A stretch of DNA of 51,537 nucleotides from a virus (Duplodnaviria > Caudoviricetes), in the IMG/VR virus record IMGVR_UViG_3300043907_000016, positions 1 to 51,537 of that record. One strand, 5' to 3'. Both the position numbers and the translations under genes were made by a program. Under the pieces are notes generated by a model that saw only the letters and a program-made list of their open reading frames with translations, did no database searches and was not told the DNA's origin. Positions within the stretch are counted from its first letter, which is position 1. Each line of letters begins with the position of its first letter. This document shows positions 35,601 through 43,456 of the stretch, in pieces.

Positions 35601-38600
35601 CTGAGCCTCGGAGAAGCGCACGACGCCAGGAGCGCCGTTGTCGATGTAGCCACCGTTCTCAGCTGCTTCTCGAGCGCCAGCCAGGTAGTACGAGAGCTCG
35701 ACGTTGGAGATGTTGGCAATCCAATCCGCCACCCGATTCAACCCAATCTCTCGCAAGCCAACAACGATGCGAGCGATGAACGACTTGACAGGTCCGACAT
35801 CAGGGTTTTCCCCAGCCATGTCGGCCAGGACTTCTTCGATCGCCTCGAGACGAGCCATGCCGGCCTCGATTTTGGCGTCTACCTCTGAGCGGACCGCAGG
35901 ATAAATGCGGTACATCTGTTCCAGGAACGCATCAAACTTCGGACCCAGGAATGAACGCAGACCCAAGTGGCCATAGGTTTCGTGGAACAAAACGAACTGG
36001 GCATCAGCTTCGCTGCCGATGTGATCCGAGAACAGGTACACATGGCCAGTTTCGGAATCGAACAGACCGCGAGCATCGACCTTGTCGCCAGCCTTCTCCA
36101 GCACCCTGGAGCGCAGGGGCTCGGGCAGCATCGTGGCGTTTTGCACCACAGTGATCTGCGGGGCGGAACGCCAACGGTTGATGATCTTGGCAACAACAGA
36201 CTGTACCTGCGCCGCAGTCAGTACTCCGCTGAAGAATCCACGGCTGAAGAACAGATCTTCCGGGTCGCCTTCGTCACGCGCAAAGTCGAAACCTTCGTCC
36301 GTGTTGGCAAGGTCTTCAACGCTCTCGTCACGCATGTCGATCGGCGCTGTCTCACGACCCATCGTGCCGTCAACCTCGAGCTCGAGATCGCTGTCAAGTT
36401 TGGCGCGGTCCATGTAATCGGAAACGATCAGCTCAAGATCCTCTTCGGAGATGCGCTTGGAGCCTATGGCTTCGTTCAGTTTGTGGGCATTGGCGACGAT
36501 CTTCTCGGCCTCATGCGCTTGGCTGATTGAGAGCTGCTCACGGAAGCGGTCGAACACGTCCTCCGGCAGGTACGCCATGCGAGACAGCGCCTGGAAGTAC
36601 GGCGCCTTAGCGTTGACCTTGGCGTCCGTCAAAACCTGGTCTTCTTTGCGTTGCAGCCATTCTTTGAACTCAGCCAGATCTTCAGGCTTGAGCATCTCTG
36701 TGATCTGGTTGCGCAGATCGGGACGGGTTTGTAACGCAAAAGCAACGTGTTGAAACCATGTTTCAACAGGATCCCCGTACACATCCTTGAGCGCTTCCAT
36801 GTCGCGGGTGTTCACCATGTCGCCACGCAGACGGCCCAGGGTGTAGTCCATGAACAGCAGACCATCAAACGCTTGCTCAGCGTCGTTGGAGTGCTGCATG
36901 GTTTCGTTGACCTTGGTTGCAGAGCGGAGCTCAGCACGCTTCTGGCGGAACTCTTCAAGCGCCAAGCGTTCGCCATCGGTGAAGGAGTTGCCTTCCAGCA
37001 ACTGCGGGAACTGCGTCGTGATGGCGTCCATCGAGCGCAGCCAGGCTTCACGGAAGAACTGGTTGTACTTGTTCTCTTTGACGTAATCGAGCATCCGCTT
37101 GGTCATCGACACATGACCAGCCAGAGACATGATGTTGTGAGGAACGTCAACACCGCTCTCACGCATGACCTGGAGCAGCTCGGAATAGGTGAAGTCGCCG
37201 TTGCGGATGCCGCGCACAGCGGACATCACAGCGTCAGACGCCTTGATCGAGCCATCCTTGACGCCAGCCACCAAGTTACGTACTGCCTTGTCGGACTCGT
37301 AGAAGTCGCTTTGAACGGCGTTCGACAAAGGACTGTTATCCTCGGTCTGTACTTCTTCTTTGACCTTGTTCTTGCCCTGCACCTCACGCATCATTGAAAT
37401 GATGGAGTCACGGGCAGGGTCGTAGACCTTGTCCACTTCCTCCATCGGCAGGCCGGACCGCAGGGCTTGAGCTCGAGCGATCGAGAGGTCGTACTCAATA
37501 CGTTTGAGTGAGTTCTTGACCATGTCAGCCCGGCCTTGGACGGAGCGAGACTGCATTTCACGGATCTCTTCCACCAGCTTACGGCGCAAAGCCATCAGCT
37601 TCTCTTGCGGCAGATCCTTCCCCATCCCCATGTTCGACCAGATGTAGGCGTTCTCATCTGCGTCGTCCACGGCCTCGTACACCTTGCCGTTTTCTTCAAA
37701 CGTACGGTTGCCCCGAAAGGAACGATCGATCTCGTCCAGCGCAGCCTGCATCTTGGCCACGGTGTCGCGCAGGAACTGAGTCTCCGAGCGCATGGAGACG
37801 ATGTTGTCCACCTTCTGGCGGAACTCGTTGATGCCGGCCACTGGCTTCTCGGCCTCGACCTCTACATCCAGCTCGCCAGTCCTGCCGCGCTGAGCCTCTT
37901 CGTCAGCCTGCTGCTTCTGTTGTTTTGAAGCAACAATTCTTTGTTCAAACTGAGCAAGCTCTTCATCGGTCTTGCCGCCCAGGGTGAGCAACGCTTCCTT
38001 CTGGTCAGCAGGACGCATTGAGCCAATGTATTCACGCAACGCAGGAGTAAGCCTGGATGGAGAAATCGGTTTGCGTGCCGGTTTCTGTTGTTGAGCACGG
38101 TAGTTGTCGTACTCCACCTCGTCGGCGGCGATGCCCTTGTCGCCGGGTTCATCGAGGTTCGTATCGATCGTGGTCTCGGCCAGACCGCCTTTCATTGCGC
38201 CAGTAGCTTCACCAAACTGGGAAGGCGTGGCCGGCTGCTGCTGTACTCGTTCGGTAGTTTCTGGCTTGCGAGCGATGATGCCCTGGAGCTCGTCAGTCTT
38301 GATGGCGTTGACCTGCGCAGGCGATTGTTTCTCCGGGAACTGGAGTTTCATGTACGCCATGCGCAGCATGTTGGGCGTGACCTTGTCAGCCAGCGCTCCC
38401 CACTGGTCGTTCATTCGCATGCGAGTCATCACCTGCTCAGAGATGCCAGGCAGATCGTGATAGCCGCGCTCAACTAGGGCCTCCATCACGCGACCAATCG
38501 CGCCAGGCAGATCCTTGACAGTGGGCGTGCGGGACACGGCGCTGAAGCGCAGGCCATCGTCACCCATAGGTTGCGTTTGCTGGGTGTTTTCGGTACTTGT

Positions 38601-40205
38601 AGGTTGCGTTTCAGTCTTGGACTTCTGAACATTCAGTCCGGCTCCTTTGGCGTATCCAACGATAGCGCCATCCAGAGCGGCCTCGTACTCAGGGAACTCA
38701 GAGAACTGCGCCTGACCCTTGTTGATGGCATCGGCCTGGCCTTTGACAGCGCTGAACTGATCGATTGATCCAGCTCGCTCTACGGCCTTCTCGATGGCCA
38801 GTTTGCCCGCGTCGTCGGCTTTGCTGTACAGGTAGGCCATCGCATCCGGGTCACGCAAGATGGAGACAAGCTCCTCGCGCTGGATGGAGACTGGGGCCTC
38901 GAGGTTAGGCTGAGCCGTGTCTTTGGTGGATTCAAAGTCTTTGGTCAGCTCTGGTTCAGCCTTGGGCTTCTCGTTGGGGCTGAAGGCTTTCTTGATGGTG
39001 GCAGCACCACCACCAGAGACCGATCCACCCAGCACACCCACGGCGGCTGAGTCGATGTAATCCTTGAAGGCTTCCTGGCTGGTCAGATCCTTGTCTGCGC
39101 CCCAGCGTTCGATCGCGGTCTGGATGCCTTCGGTCATGCCCTCACGGAAGCCACCCTTGAAGGCTTCCATAGCGATACCGCCGACACCGCCGCCCCCCTT
39201 AAAAGCGTCCATTACTTTGCCGACAGACTTGGAGTCCGCCCAGGAATCCACTGCCGTGGCCATAATGCCCGACAGCCAAACCTTGCCCAGGGAGTATTCC
39301 TTGCCCGTCAGAGCCGCTTGTTCCACGGCATCGCCGTAGATCGAGCCCAGTTCTTGCGTTGCGTTCAGGAAAGTGTTGGCAGTGGTTGCGCCGATCGTTC
39401 CGTAGACAGTCTTGACGGCAGACTCAGCAGCCGCCTTCTCGGTCATGCCACGCGCCACGTTGGCGGTAACTTGCTTGTCGATCATCTTGCCGACGAAGCT
39501 CTTCACACCCGTTTCAACAGCACCCTTCTCCACCGCGCCAGCAACCGTGCCAGCGATAGTGCCGCCACCAGGAGCAGCAAGAGTGCCCAGAGCAGCTCCG
39601 GCGAGCGATGCGACACCGAGCTCGCCCACCTGCCCAAGGAGATAACCCGAGCTGTAAGAGAGCCACTTGCCAATTTCGCCTGATTGAATTGCATTGCTGA
39701 ACGAATCCGATTCTTTCGAGATCGCTTGAACTTCGTTTTCTGCGTCCTTATAGCCTTTAAGACCCCATTCCCGCAGCTTGTCAGATCCAACCGTGTCACC
39801 GATCAGCGCCGCCGTGCCGTAAGCAGTCTGCTTAAGCTGCTTGCCAGACACCGACAGACCGCGAGAGAAGTTGCCCTGCTCCGCGGGGGCAGGACCTTGG
39901 CCGGTCAGAGCTCGAGCCCAGGCATCGTCACCACCGCCAGTGGCGGTGGCTGATGCGGAACCGTTTCCGGTCAAAGCAGCAGCCCAAGCTGAATCGCCAG
40001 AGCTTACGTCGCTCTTGGTCTGGCCACCGCCAAACCCAAGTCCACGAAGATAAGATGTGGCGTCAGCAACCTGAACGCCCTGCGTTGGGACTGAGATTCC
40101 GCGCTTGGAGGGTAGATCGTCTAACGCTTCGTCAGCGGTCTTGTAGAGGTTGTTACGCTCCGGGCCTGACAACGGCCCCTCCAGCGGATCTTGAATCAGG
40201 GCCAT
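32634..40205 (-). CDS. Giant internal virion/ejection protein of polyvalent type (metallopeptidase-like HExxGH domain, LPD38-like C-terminus)
   Basis: 2523 aa, last of three ejection-position genes. Gly/Ala hydrophobic N-terminal region, VLFHETYGHLGLR...EEVLAD, and C-terminal ITVNFN.RG, LYLFFNPAVQG, IPIPYG, NENRYGAPI. Confidence 0.8.
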   Translation of the reverse strand: MALIQDPLEGPLSGPERNNLYKTADEALDDLPSKRGISVPTQGVQVADATSYLRGLGFGGGQTKSDVSSGDSAWAAALTGNGSASATATGGGDDAWARALTGQGPAPAEQGNFSRGLSVSGKQLKQTAYGTAALIGDTVGSDKLREWGLKGYKDAENEVQAISKESDSFSNAIQSGEIGKWLSYSSGYLLGQVGELGVASLAGAALGTLAAPGGGTIAGTVAGAVEKGAVETGVKSFVGKMIDKQVTANVARGMTEKAAAESAVKTVYGTIGATTANTFLNATQELGSIYGDAVEQAALTGKEYSLGKVWLSGIMATAVDSWADSKSVGKVMDAFKGGGGVGGIAMEAFKGGFREGMTEGIQTAIERWGADKDLTSQEAFKDYIDSAAVGVLGGSVSGGGAATIKKAFSPNEKPKAEPELTKDFESTKDTAQPNLEAPVSIQREELVSILRDPDAMAYLYSKADDAGKLAIEKAVERAGSIDQFSAVKGQADAINKGQAQFSEFPEYEAALDGAIVGYAKGAGLNVQKSKTETQPTSTENTQQTQPMGDDGLRFSAVSRTPTVKDLPGAIGRVMEALVERGYHDLPGISEQVMTRMRMNDQWGALADKVTPNMLRMAYMKLQFPEKQSPAQVNAIKTDELQGIIARKPETTERVQQQPATPSQFGEATGAMKGGLAETTIDTNLDEPGDKGIAADEVEYDNYRAQQQKPARKPISPSRLTPALREYIGSMRPADQKEALLTLGGKTDEELAQFEQRIVASKQQKQQADEEAQRGRTGELDVEVEAEKPVAGINEFRQKVDNIVSMRSETQFLRDTVAKMQAALDEIDRSFRGNRTFEENGKVYEAVDDADENAYIWSNMGMGKDLPQEKLMALRRKLVEEIREMQSRSVQGRADMVKNSLKRIEYDLSIARAQALRSGLPMEEVDKVYDPARDSIISMMREVQGKNKVKEEVQTEDNSPLSNAVQSDFYESDKAVRNLVAGVKDGSIKASDAVMSAVRGIRNGDFTYSELLQVMRESGVDVPHNIMSLAGHVSMTKRMLDYVKENKYNQFFREAWLRSMDAITTQFPQLLEGNSFTDGERLALEEFRQKRAELRSATKVNETMQHSNDAEQAFDGLLFMDYTLGRLRGDMVNTRDMEALKDVYGDPVETWFQHVAFALQTRPDLRNQITEMLKPEDLAEFKEWLQRKEDQVLTDAKVNAKAPYFQALSRMAYLPEDVFDRFREQLSISQAHEAEKIVANAHKLNEAIGSKRISEEDLELIVSDYMDRAKLDSDLELEVDGTMGRETAPIDMRDESVEDLANTDEGFDFARDEGDPEDLFFSRGFFSGVLTAAQVQSVVAKIINRWRSAPQITVVQNATMLPEPLRSRVLEKAGDKVDARGLFDSETGHVYLFSDHIGSEADAQFVLFHETYGHLGLRSFLGPKFDAFLEQMYRIYPAVRSEVDAKIEAGMARLEAIEEVLADMAGENPDVGPVKSFIARIVVGLREIGLNRVADWIANISNVELSYYLAGAREAAENGGYIDNGAPGVVRFSEAQQHERLSEMFSLRGDKTTAFARFNPVTQTWFVYLANGDDIRADNNTALVSENYADVLKLMRSKGTVEFRKRSGVIIQDRNASDFVRMPQTQDLTGMKAWMRSMITKFQNEYRPVFDLVNAMKAAGRLSERMDIADALTRYERKTAAILDEFRRRFARPIESLVEEAGKQGANQQIIDRYLLASHAEERNKQIARINEKYPDGGSGMKTKVAERYLKQLEKQPYWQTLEEIGRITDEISAKKLKYQLDTGMITAKQYQAMQVYKHYVNLSGRSDLKLDEFDDPMMLAGGSKFNVKGKEKRAMGRASEATDILARTMLGMEAALIRGQKNQVAQRVLAFFEANYDPNFATINKIAYKQVIGEDGMVTEKEDENYYGNKNVMVAKINGIPNTIEFKDTSPNSFAEAIHGVVGYRDQNAVLEQLGKFNRLVGQMLTTYNPVWGAVNFIRDVQTMFFNAAADGRLTKAQAAAMVQAIPSAMKTAFYMAKTENLKQTGINPDPEMIRLYREMKLNGGLTSFLNRKDIQSQVEDLDKMLGERGRFQNAQDKVKGVFDWIEHNMSLPIEVAPRLAAYKVMRENGFSIAEAARFAGEITVNFNMRGSSQAARQLYLFFNPAVQGSAKLLSLFGTLDHDYKLKFKTKGFAYAAAWIGVGALMNLVGRAIGDDDEAGRNALDKVPTWKRATSMVFAPDTPGGAIPIPYGWNAFYAMGHFMMDSLLGIQPLSVTAGRIAKTTVESFAPLGTAGFDSSSIAGVALKGVAPTAALPIVEWVMNENRYGAPIRRSDSMFGGAKLPDSSMAFRSVNPLSDAAMKGLNEITGGNKFKSGAVDINPAAVDFIVNSYMPGFINESYKGVGMAARIARGEEVKNTPMPLVDRFTAKVPESFDAGAFRRAKEMIETKYKEYENMPRLRDEIRQEYPGLMRAHAVVAGISQQIRDLNSTLTMVENNERFTDQERVDRLNRTRDRIRVLQNKAVKEIMNAGPQFRDAVMAND

Positions 40206-40220
40206 GGTTCACCTGCTTAC

Positions 40221-41609
40221 TTATTGGGCTTGATCATTCTGCTTGTATTGATCCATCGTCAATCCGCGAGGACTTGGTGTGTATACCCATCCACCTCGAG
40301 GACTTTTTTCTCGGATGTACTTGGTGCTGTCCGGGCCTGTGATGCCCATCTTTGCGGGTGCGCCACTATTTGCATTTGACGCGGCTGGTTGCTGGCCAAG
40401 CTGCTTTTGCAGGGCAGCTCGCTTGTTTTCGTTGAAGCCAATGATCGGCACGGCGGTGCCGTTGACATCAACGTAGTACATGCCGTTTTTGGTCTGCTTG
40501 GCGTTGACCAGATTCTCTGGCGAGTACGCTTGCTGAGCCAGGTTTGCAGCCTCGGCAGAGGTAATCTTGAATCCGTTCTTGTCGAAGCCGCCTTGCTGCT
40601 GGAGGAACGCGCCAGATTGCAGCTTTGCCCCAGCAATCTCTTGCTTGAGGATGTCGGTCTCCGACGCCTTGGTGGCATCGAACTTGGGGTTGAACCCAAC
40701 CAAAGTAGAGAGCTGGTTGAGAGCTGTGGAGGTAGCGGACTCCACTTTCGCCAAACCCACTTGGTCCGCCATCAAACCAATCTTCGTGGCCTCGTTTTTG
40801 ACGTTTTCCTTTTGAACCTTGTACCAGTCGTTGTAATGCTGCTGTGTGATGAGGTTCTTGCCGGCGTCGTTGTTGTCGGCGCGTTGGTAGTGCTGGTCGA
40901 TAATCGTGAGTTGACGATCTTCTTGCTTCAGCTTGCGCTCAGCAAGATCACGGTTCGATGCGGCGGCAGGATCGAGGGCAAACGGGATCCACTTGTTTGC
41001 CAGGTCGTCCAGCTTAATGGGGCTGGAGGTGGACTCCTTGCCATCTTTGTCGGCGTACCTAACGCGAACCATGCCGGGGTTAGCAGGATCTTGCTCAGTG
41101 CCAACGAATTTCTTGGTCATGCCGCTGAGCGAAGAGACCTGGCGCATCAGGGCGTCGCCTTGTTCAAGATCGCCCATTCCATATGCGGCGGCAGCTCGAG
41201 ATACGCCTTCGGCGTACTTATTTTGTTGAAGCTTGTCAACCATGGCAATCGCTGCGTTTGGATCTTGGCCGTGTGCTGCGGCAAAACGGGCGGCGGACTG
41301 ACGGGACAGGTCGTAGTAACGATTGATGTTGGCGGGGTTCTGCGGGTCGTACGAGCCGTCTTCGTTGCGGGTAAACCCGAGCCCGGTGTTGCCCGAGTAG
41401 TAGCCTGCCGTGACGTCTTTGGCGTACGTTCCTGCGGCTTGTTTCTCTTCCTCCGCCTTGGCTTGAAGGTCGAGCAGATTGCCCTGCCTAGCCATGTAGT
41501 CGCGCTTGGCTTGCGCGTCCTCCATGTCGTTACGAAGCTTCAGTCCCTGGCCAACGCCTTGCGCCAATCCGCTTACTGCGGCACCGATTCCACCGAGTCC
41601 AGCCATCAT
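40221..41609 (-). CDS. Ejection (internal virion) protein
   Basis: 462 aa, Gly-rich amphipathic N-terminus then coiled coil; lies between the pilot and giant proteins. Confidence 0.65.
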   Translation of the reverse strand: MMAGLGGIGAAVSGLAQGVGQGLKLRNDMEDAQAKRDYMARQGNLLDLQAKAEEEKQAAGTYAKDVTAGYYSGNTGLGFTRNEDGSYDPQNPANINRYYDLSRQSAARFAAAHGQDPNAAIAMVDKLQQNKYAEGVSRAAAAYGMGDLEQGDALMRQVSSLSGMTKKFVGTEQDPANPGMVRVRYADKDGKESTSSPIKLDDLANKWIPFALDPAAASNRDLAERKLKQEDRQLTIIDQHYQRADNNDAGKNLITQQHYNDWYKVQKENVKNEATKIGLMADQVGLAKVESATSTALNQLSTLVGFNPKFDATKASETDILKQEIAGAKLQSGAFLQQQGGFDKNGFKITSAEAANLAQQAYSPENLVNAKQTKNGMYYVDVNGTAVPIIGFNENKRAALQKQLGQQPAASNANSGAPAKMGITGPDSTKYIREKSPRGGWVYTPSPRGLTMDQYKQNDQAQ

Positions 41610-42655
41610 GCTCTCCCAATCCCGCGGCGTTGCAACACAGCAGGGGTGTGATATTTTTCTTTGAGTTTGTCGAAGAACTCGACGCCCTTGGCTTTGACGA
41701 CATCAGCCGGAATGACATACTCGCCATCCGACAACATGGCCGGAACTTTGTCGTCGATCGGACCGCCAGGACCATCGACCTTTCCGCCGTGTTCCATACG
41801 CAAACCGCGAACGTCGATGTGACCACCGTCTTTGAAGAAGCCAAATCCTTTGCTGGCTCCAGCAGCCATGCCGAGGCCCTGAAACAACCCGCCAATAGCA
41901 GCCTGGTCTGCGGCGTAGCCCTGCATCTGAGCGCCGTACTGACCCAAGTACAAGTTACCTGCGGACTGGTTGCCAGAAATAGCGGTGTTGAAGCCTTGGC
42001 CCATGACGCCGGCGCCCTGGGCTGCTACGCCCATGCCCTGGGCAGATACATTGCCAGCAGCAGATCCTGTATTCGTTGCCCCAGAGAAGGCGCCAAGAGC
42101 GGTGTTGGTCAAGCCACGACCCGTCTGGGCAGCTCCAGCACGCAATGCAATTGCCTTGTCCATCGTGTCGAAGGCCGCACCGGTCTCAGCTCCAGCAGAA
42201 GCAAGAGCCTGCTGGTTGGTAAGCTGGGCATTGGTCTGGGCAAAAGCAGAACTGTTGGGGTTCAGGCCGTAGCGGGAAAGAAGTCGAGCGTTCTGTCCGG
42301 CAGCATTTGAAAACTGTTGGTTGACATCGGCGGCTGCGATACCTGACCGGCGCTGGATGTTATCCTGCGAGTCATAGTTCATCGCGTCCTTGGCCGACTG
42401 GTCTTCGACCGGGGCGTAGATGTCTTTGTAACGCTGGTATTGCTCGGCACCGATCTTCGTCTGTTGATCCATGTTTGCAGTCATGGAATCAGTCAGGCGT
42501 GTTCTCAGAGCCTGGTCAGCAGCCTCGCGTGGGGCAATATCGTTGTTGTAAATGCCCTTGTAAAAGTCAAGGGCGTCGGCAGAGACTTTGGCGTTTGCCG
42601 CTGCCGCTTGACCGATTGCTGGATCTGGAGCCGGTGCTCCGCCGCCACAACACAT
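41606..42655 (-). CDS. Ejection/pilot protein
   Basis: MCCGGGAPAPDP N-terminus, Ala/Gly/Gln-rich body, C-terminal GGxVxGPG...D.VPAMLSDGEYVIPA domain. Confidence 0.7.
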   Translation of the reverse strand: MCCGGGAPAPDPAIGQAAAANAKVSADALDFYKGIYNNDIAPREAADQALRTRLTDSMTANMDQQTKIGAEQYQRYKDIYAPVEDQSAKDAMNYDSQDNIQRRSGIAAADVNQQFSNAAGQNARLLSRYGLNPNSSAFAQTNAQLTNQQALASAGAETGAAFDTMDKAIALRAGAAQTGRGLTNTALGAFSGATNTGSAAGNVSAQGMGVAAQGAGVMGQGFNTAISGNQSAGNLYLGQYGAQMQGYAADQAAIGGLFQGLGMAAGASKGFGFFKDGGHIDVRGLRMEHGGKVDGPGGPIDDKVPAMLSDGEYVIPADVVKAKGVEFFDKLKEKYHTPAVLQRRGIGRA

Positions 42656-42657
42656 GA

Positions 42658-43110
42658 TTAACTCCTTGTCAGATGGGATACGTAATTCCCACCCATACGT
42701 TGCATACCAAAGTGCTCATAAAGCCGTTCGGCTCCAGGAGCGCCACCGGTTGCGACACCGGCCCTGATGTGTTTCAAGCCCTGTTCTTTGGCCCAGGACA
42801 TGTAAGCCTTCATCAGGAGAAATGCCGCCCGAGTACCCCGGTACTCTGGTATGACGTAGAAGAGCTCTTCCGATGCGAAGGACTCAGGACCGAACCAGGT
42901 TTCCCGGACGTTCGCGGCCAGCATTCCAACCACATTGTCACCATCTTCAACAACGAACATGGCATGTCCATGGATCCAATTGCCCACGCCATCCAGAAGC
43001 TTTTCTGGGTTCAGCTCGAAGTGGCGGAAATCCGTCTCTCGGTGCATGAAGACGCACATCTTGAAGACCGGTAGCCGGTCTGCTTCGATGGCGCGTCTTA
43101 CCTTCAGCAT
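42658..43110 (-). CDS. GNAT-family acyltransferase
   Basis: VRRA...D, VVGML, FYVIPEYRG..AA..L and LYEHFG motifs. Confidence 0.88.
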   Translation of the reverse strand: MLKVRRAIEADRLPVFKMCVFMHRETDFRHFELNPEKLLDGVGNWIHGHAMFVVEDGDNVVGMLAANVRETWFGPESFASEELFYVIPEYRGTRAAFLLMKAYMSWAKEQGLKHIRAGVATGGAPGAERLYEHFGMQRMGGNYVSHLTRS

Positions 43111-43135
43111 GGACCGATTTTAGGTGGGGGTCGCG

Positions 43136-43456
43136 TTACTCAGGAGGCTTCGGCCATTCAATTTTGAATGGATTACTTTGTTTCGTGATGTCACGCAACG
43201 CTTGCCTGTACACGGACCACTCAGGCGGAACAGAAACATTTGCTTCAAAAGCTTTGGCGGTCACCCAGTCAGATGCTGTAAGTAATTTGTTTCTGTCCTG
43301 CCGAATCGCCTTCCACTGCTGATCAGTGATGGCCTGGTTGTGCTGTGTGCTGACATCGAGTGGCGTCTTGCGCTCTCGCACTTCGTAGTTCAAAGTGCCG
43401 TCTCCGTTGACTACGACGGCCACCACCTCTTGAGTTTTATGATCGATGTTGTTCAT
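43136..43456 (-). CDS. Tail fibre assembly chaperone
   Basis: W..IR..RN.LL..SDW and W..YRQALRDIT.Q....I.WP..P. Confidence 0.85.
   Translation of the reverse strand: MNNIDHKTQEVVAVVVNGDGTLNYEVRERKTPLDVSTQHNQAITDQQWKAIRQDRNKLLTASDWVTAKAFEANVSVPPEWSVYRQALRDITKQSNPFKIEWPKPPE

Noticed and set aside
40389-41651. 420-aa + strand ORF and similar antisense ORFs over portal, TerL, integrase and the giant gene
   Set aside because: Antisense shadows expected in GC-rich coding DNA; the opposite strand has clear motifs and operon coupling.
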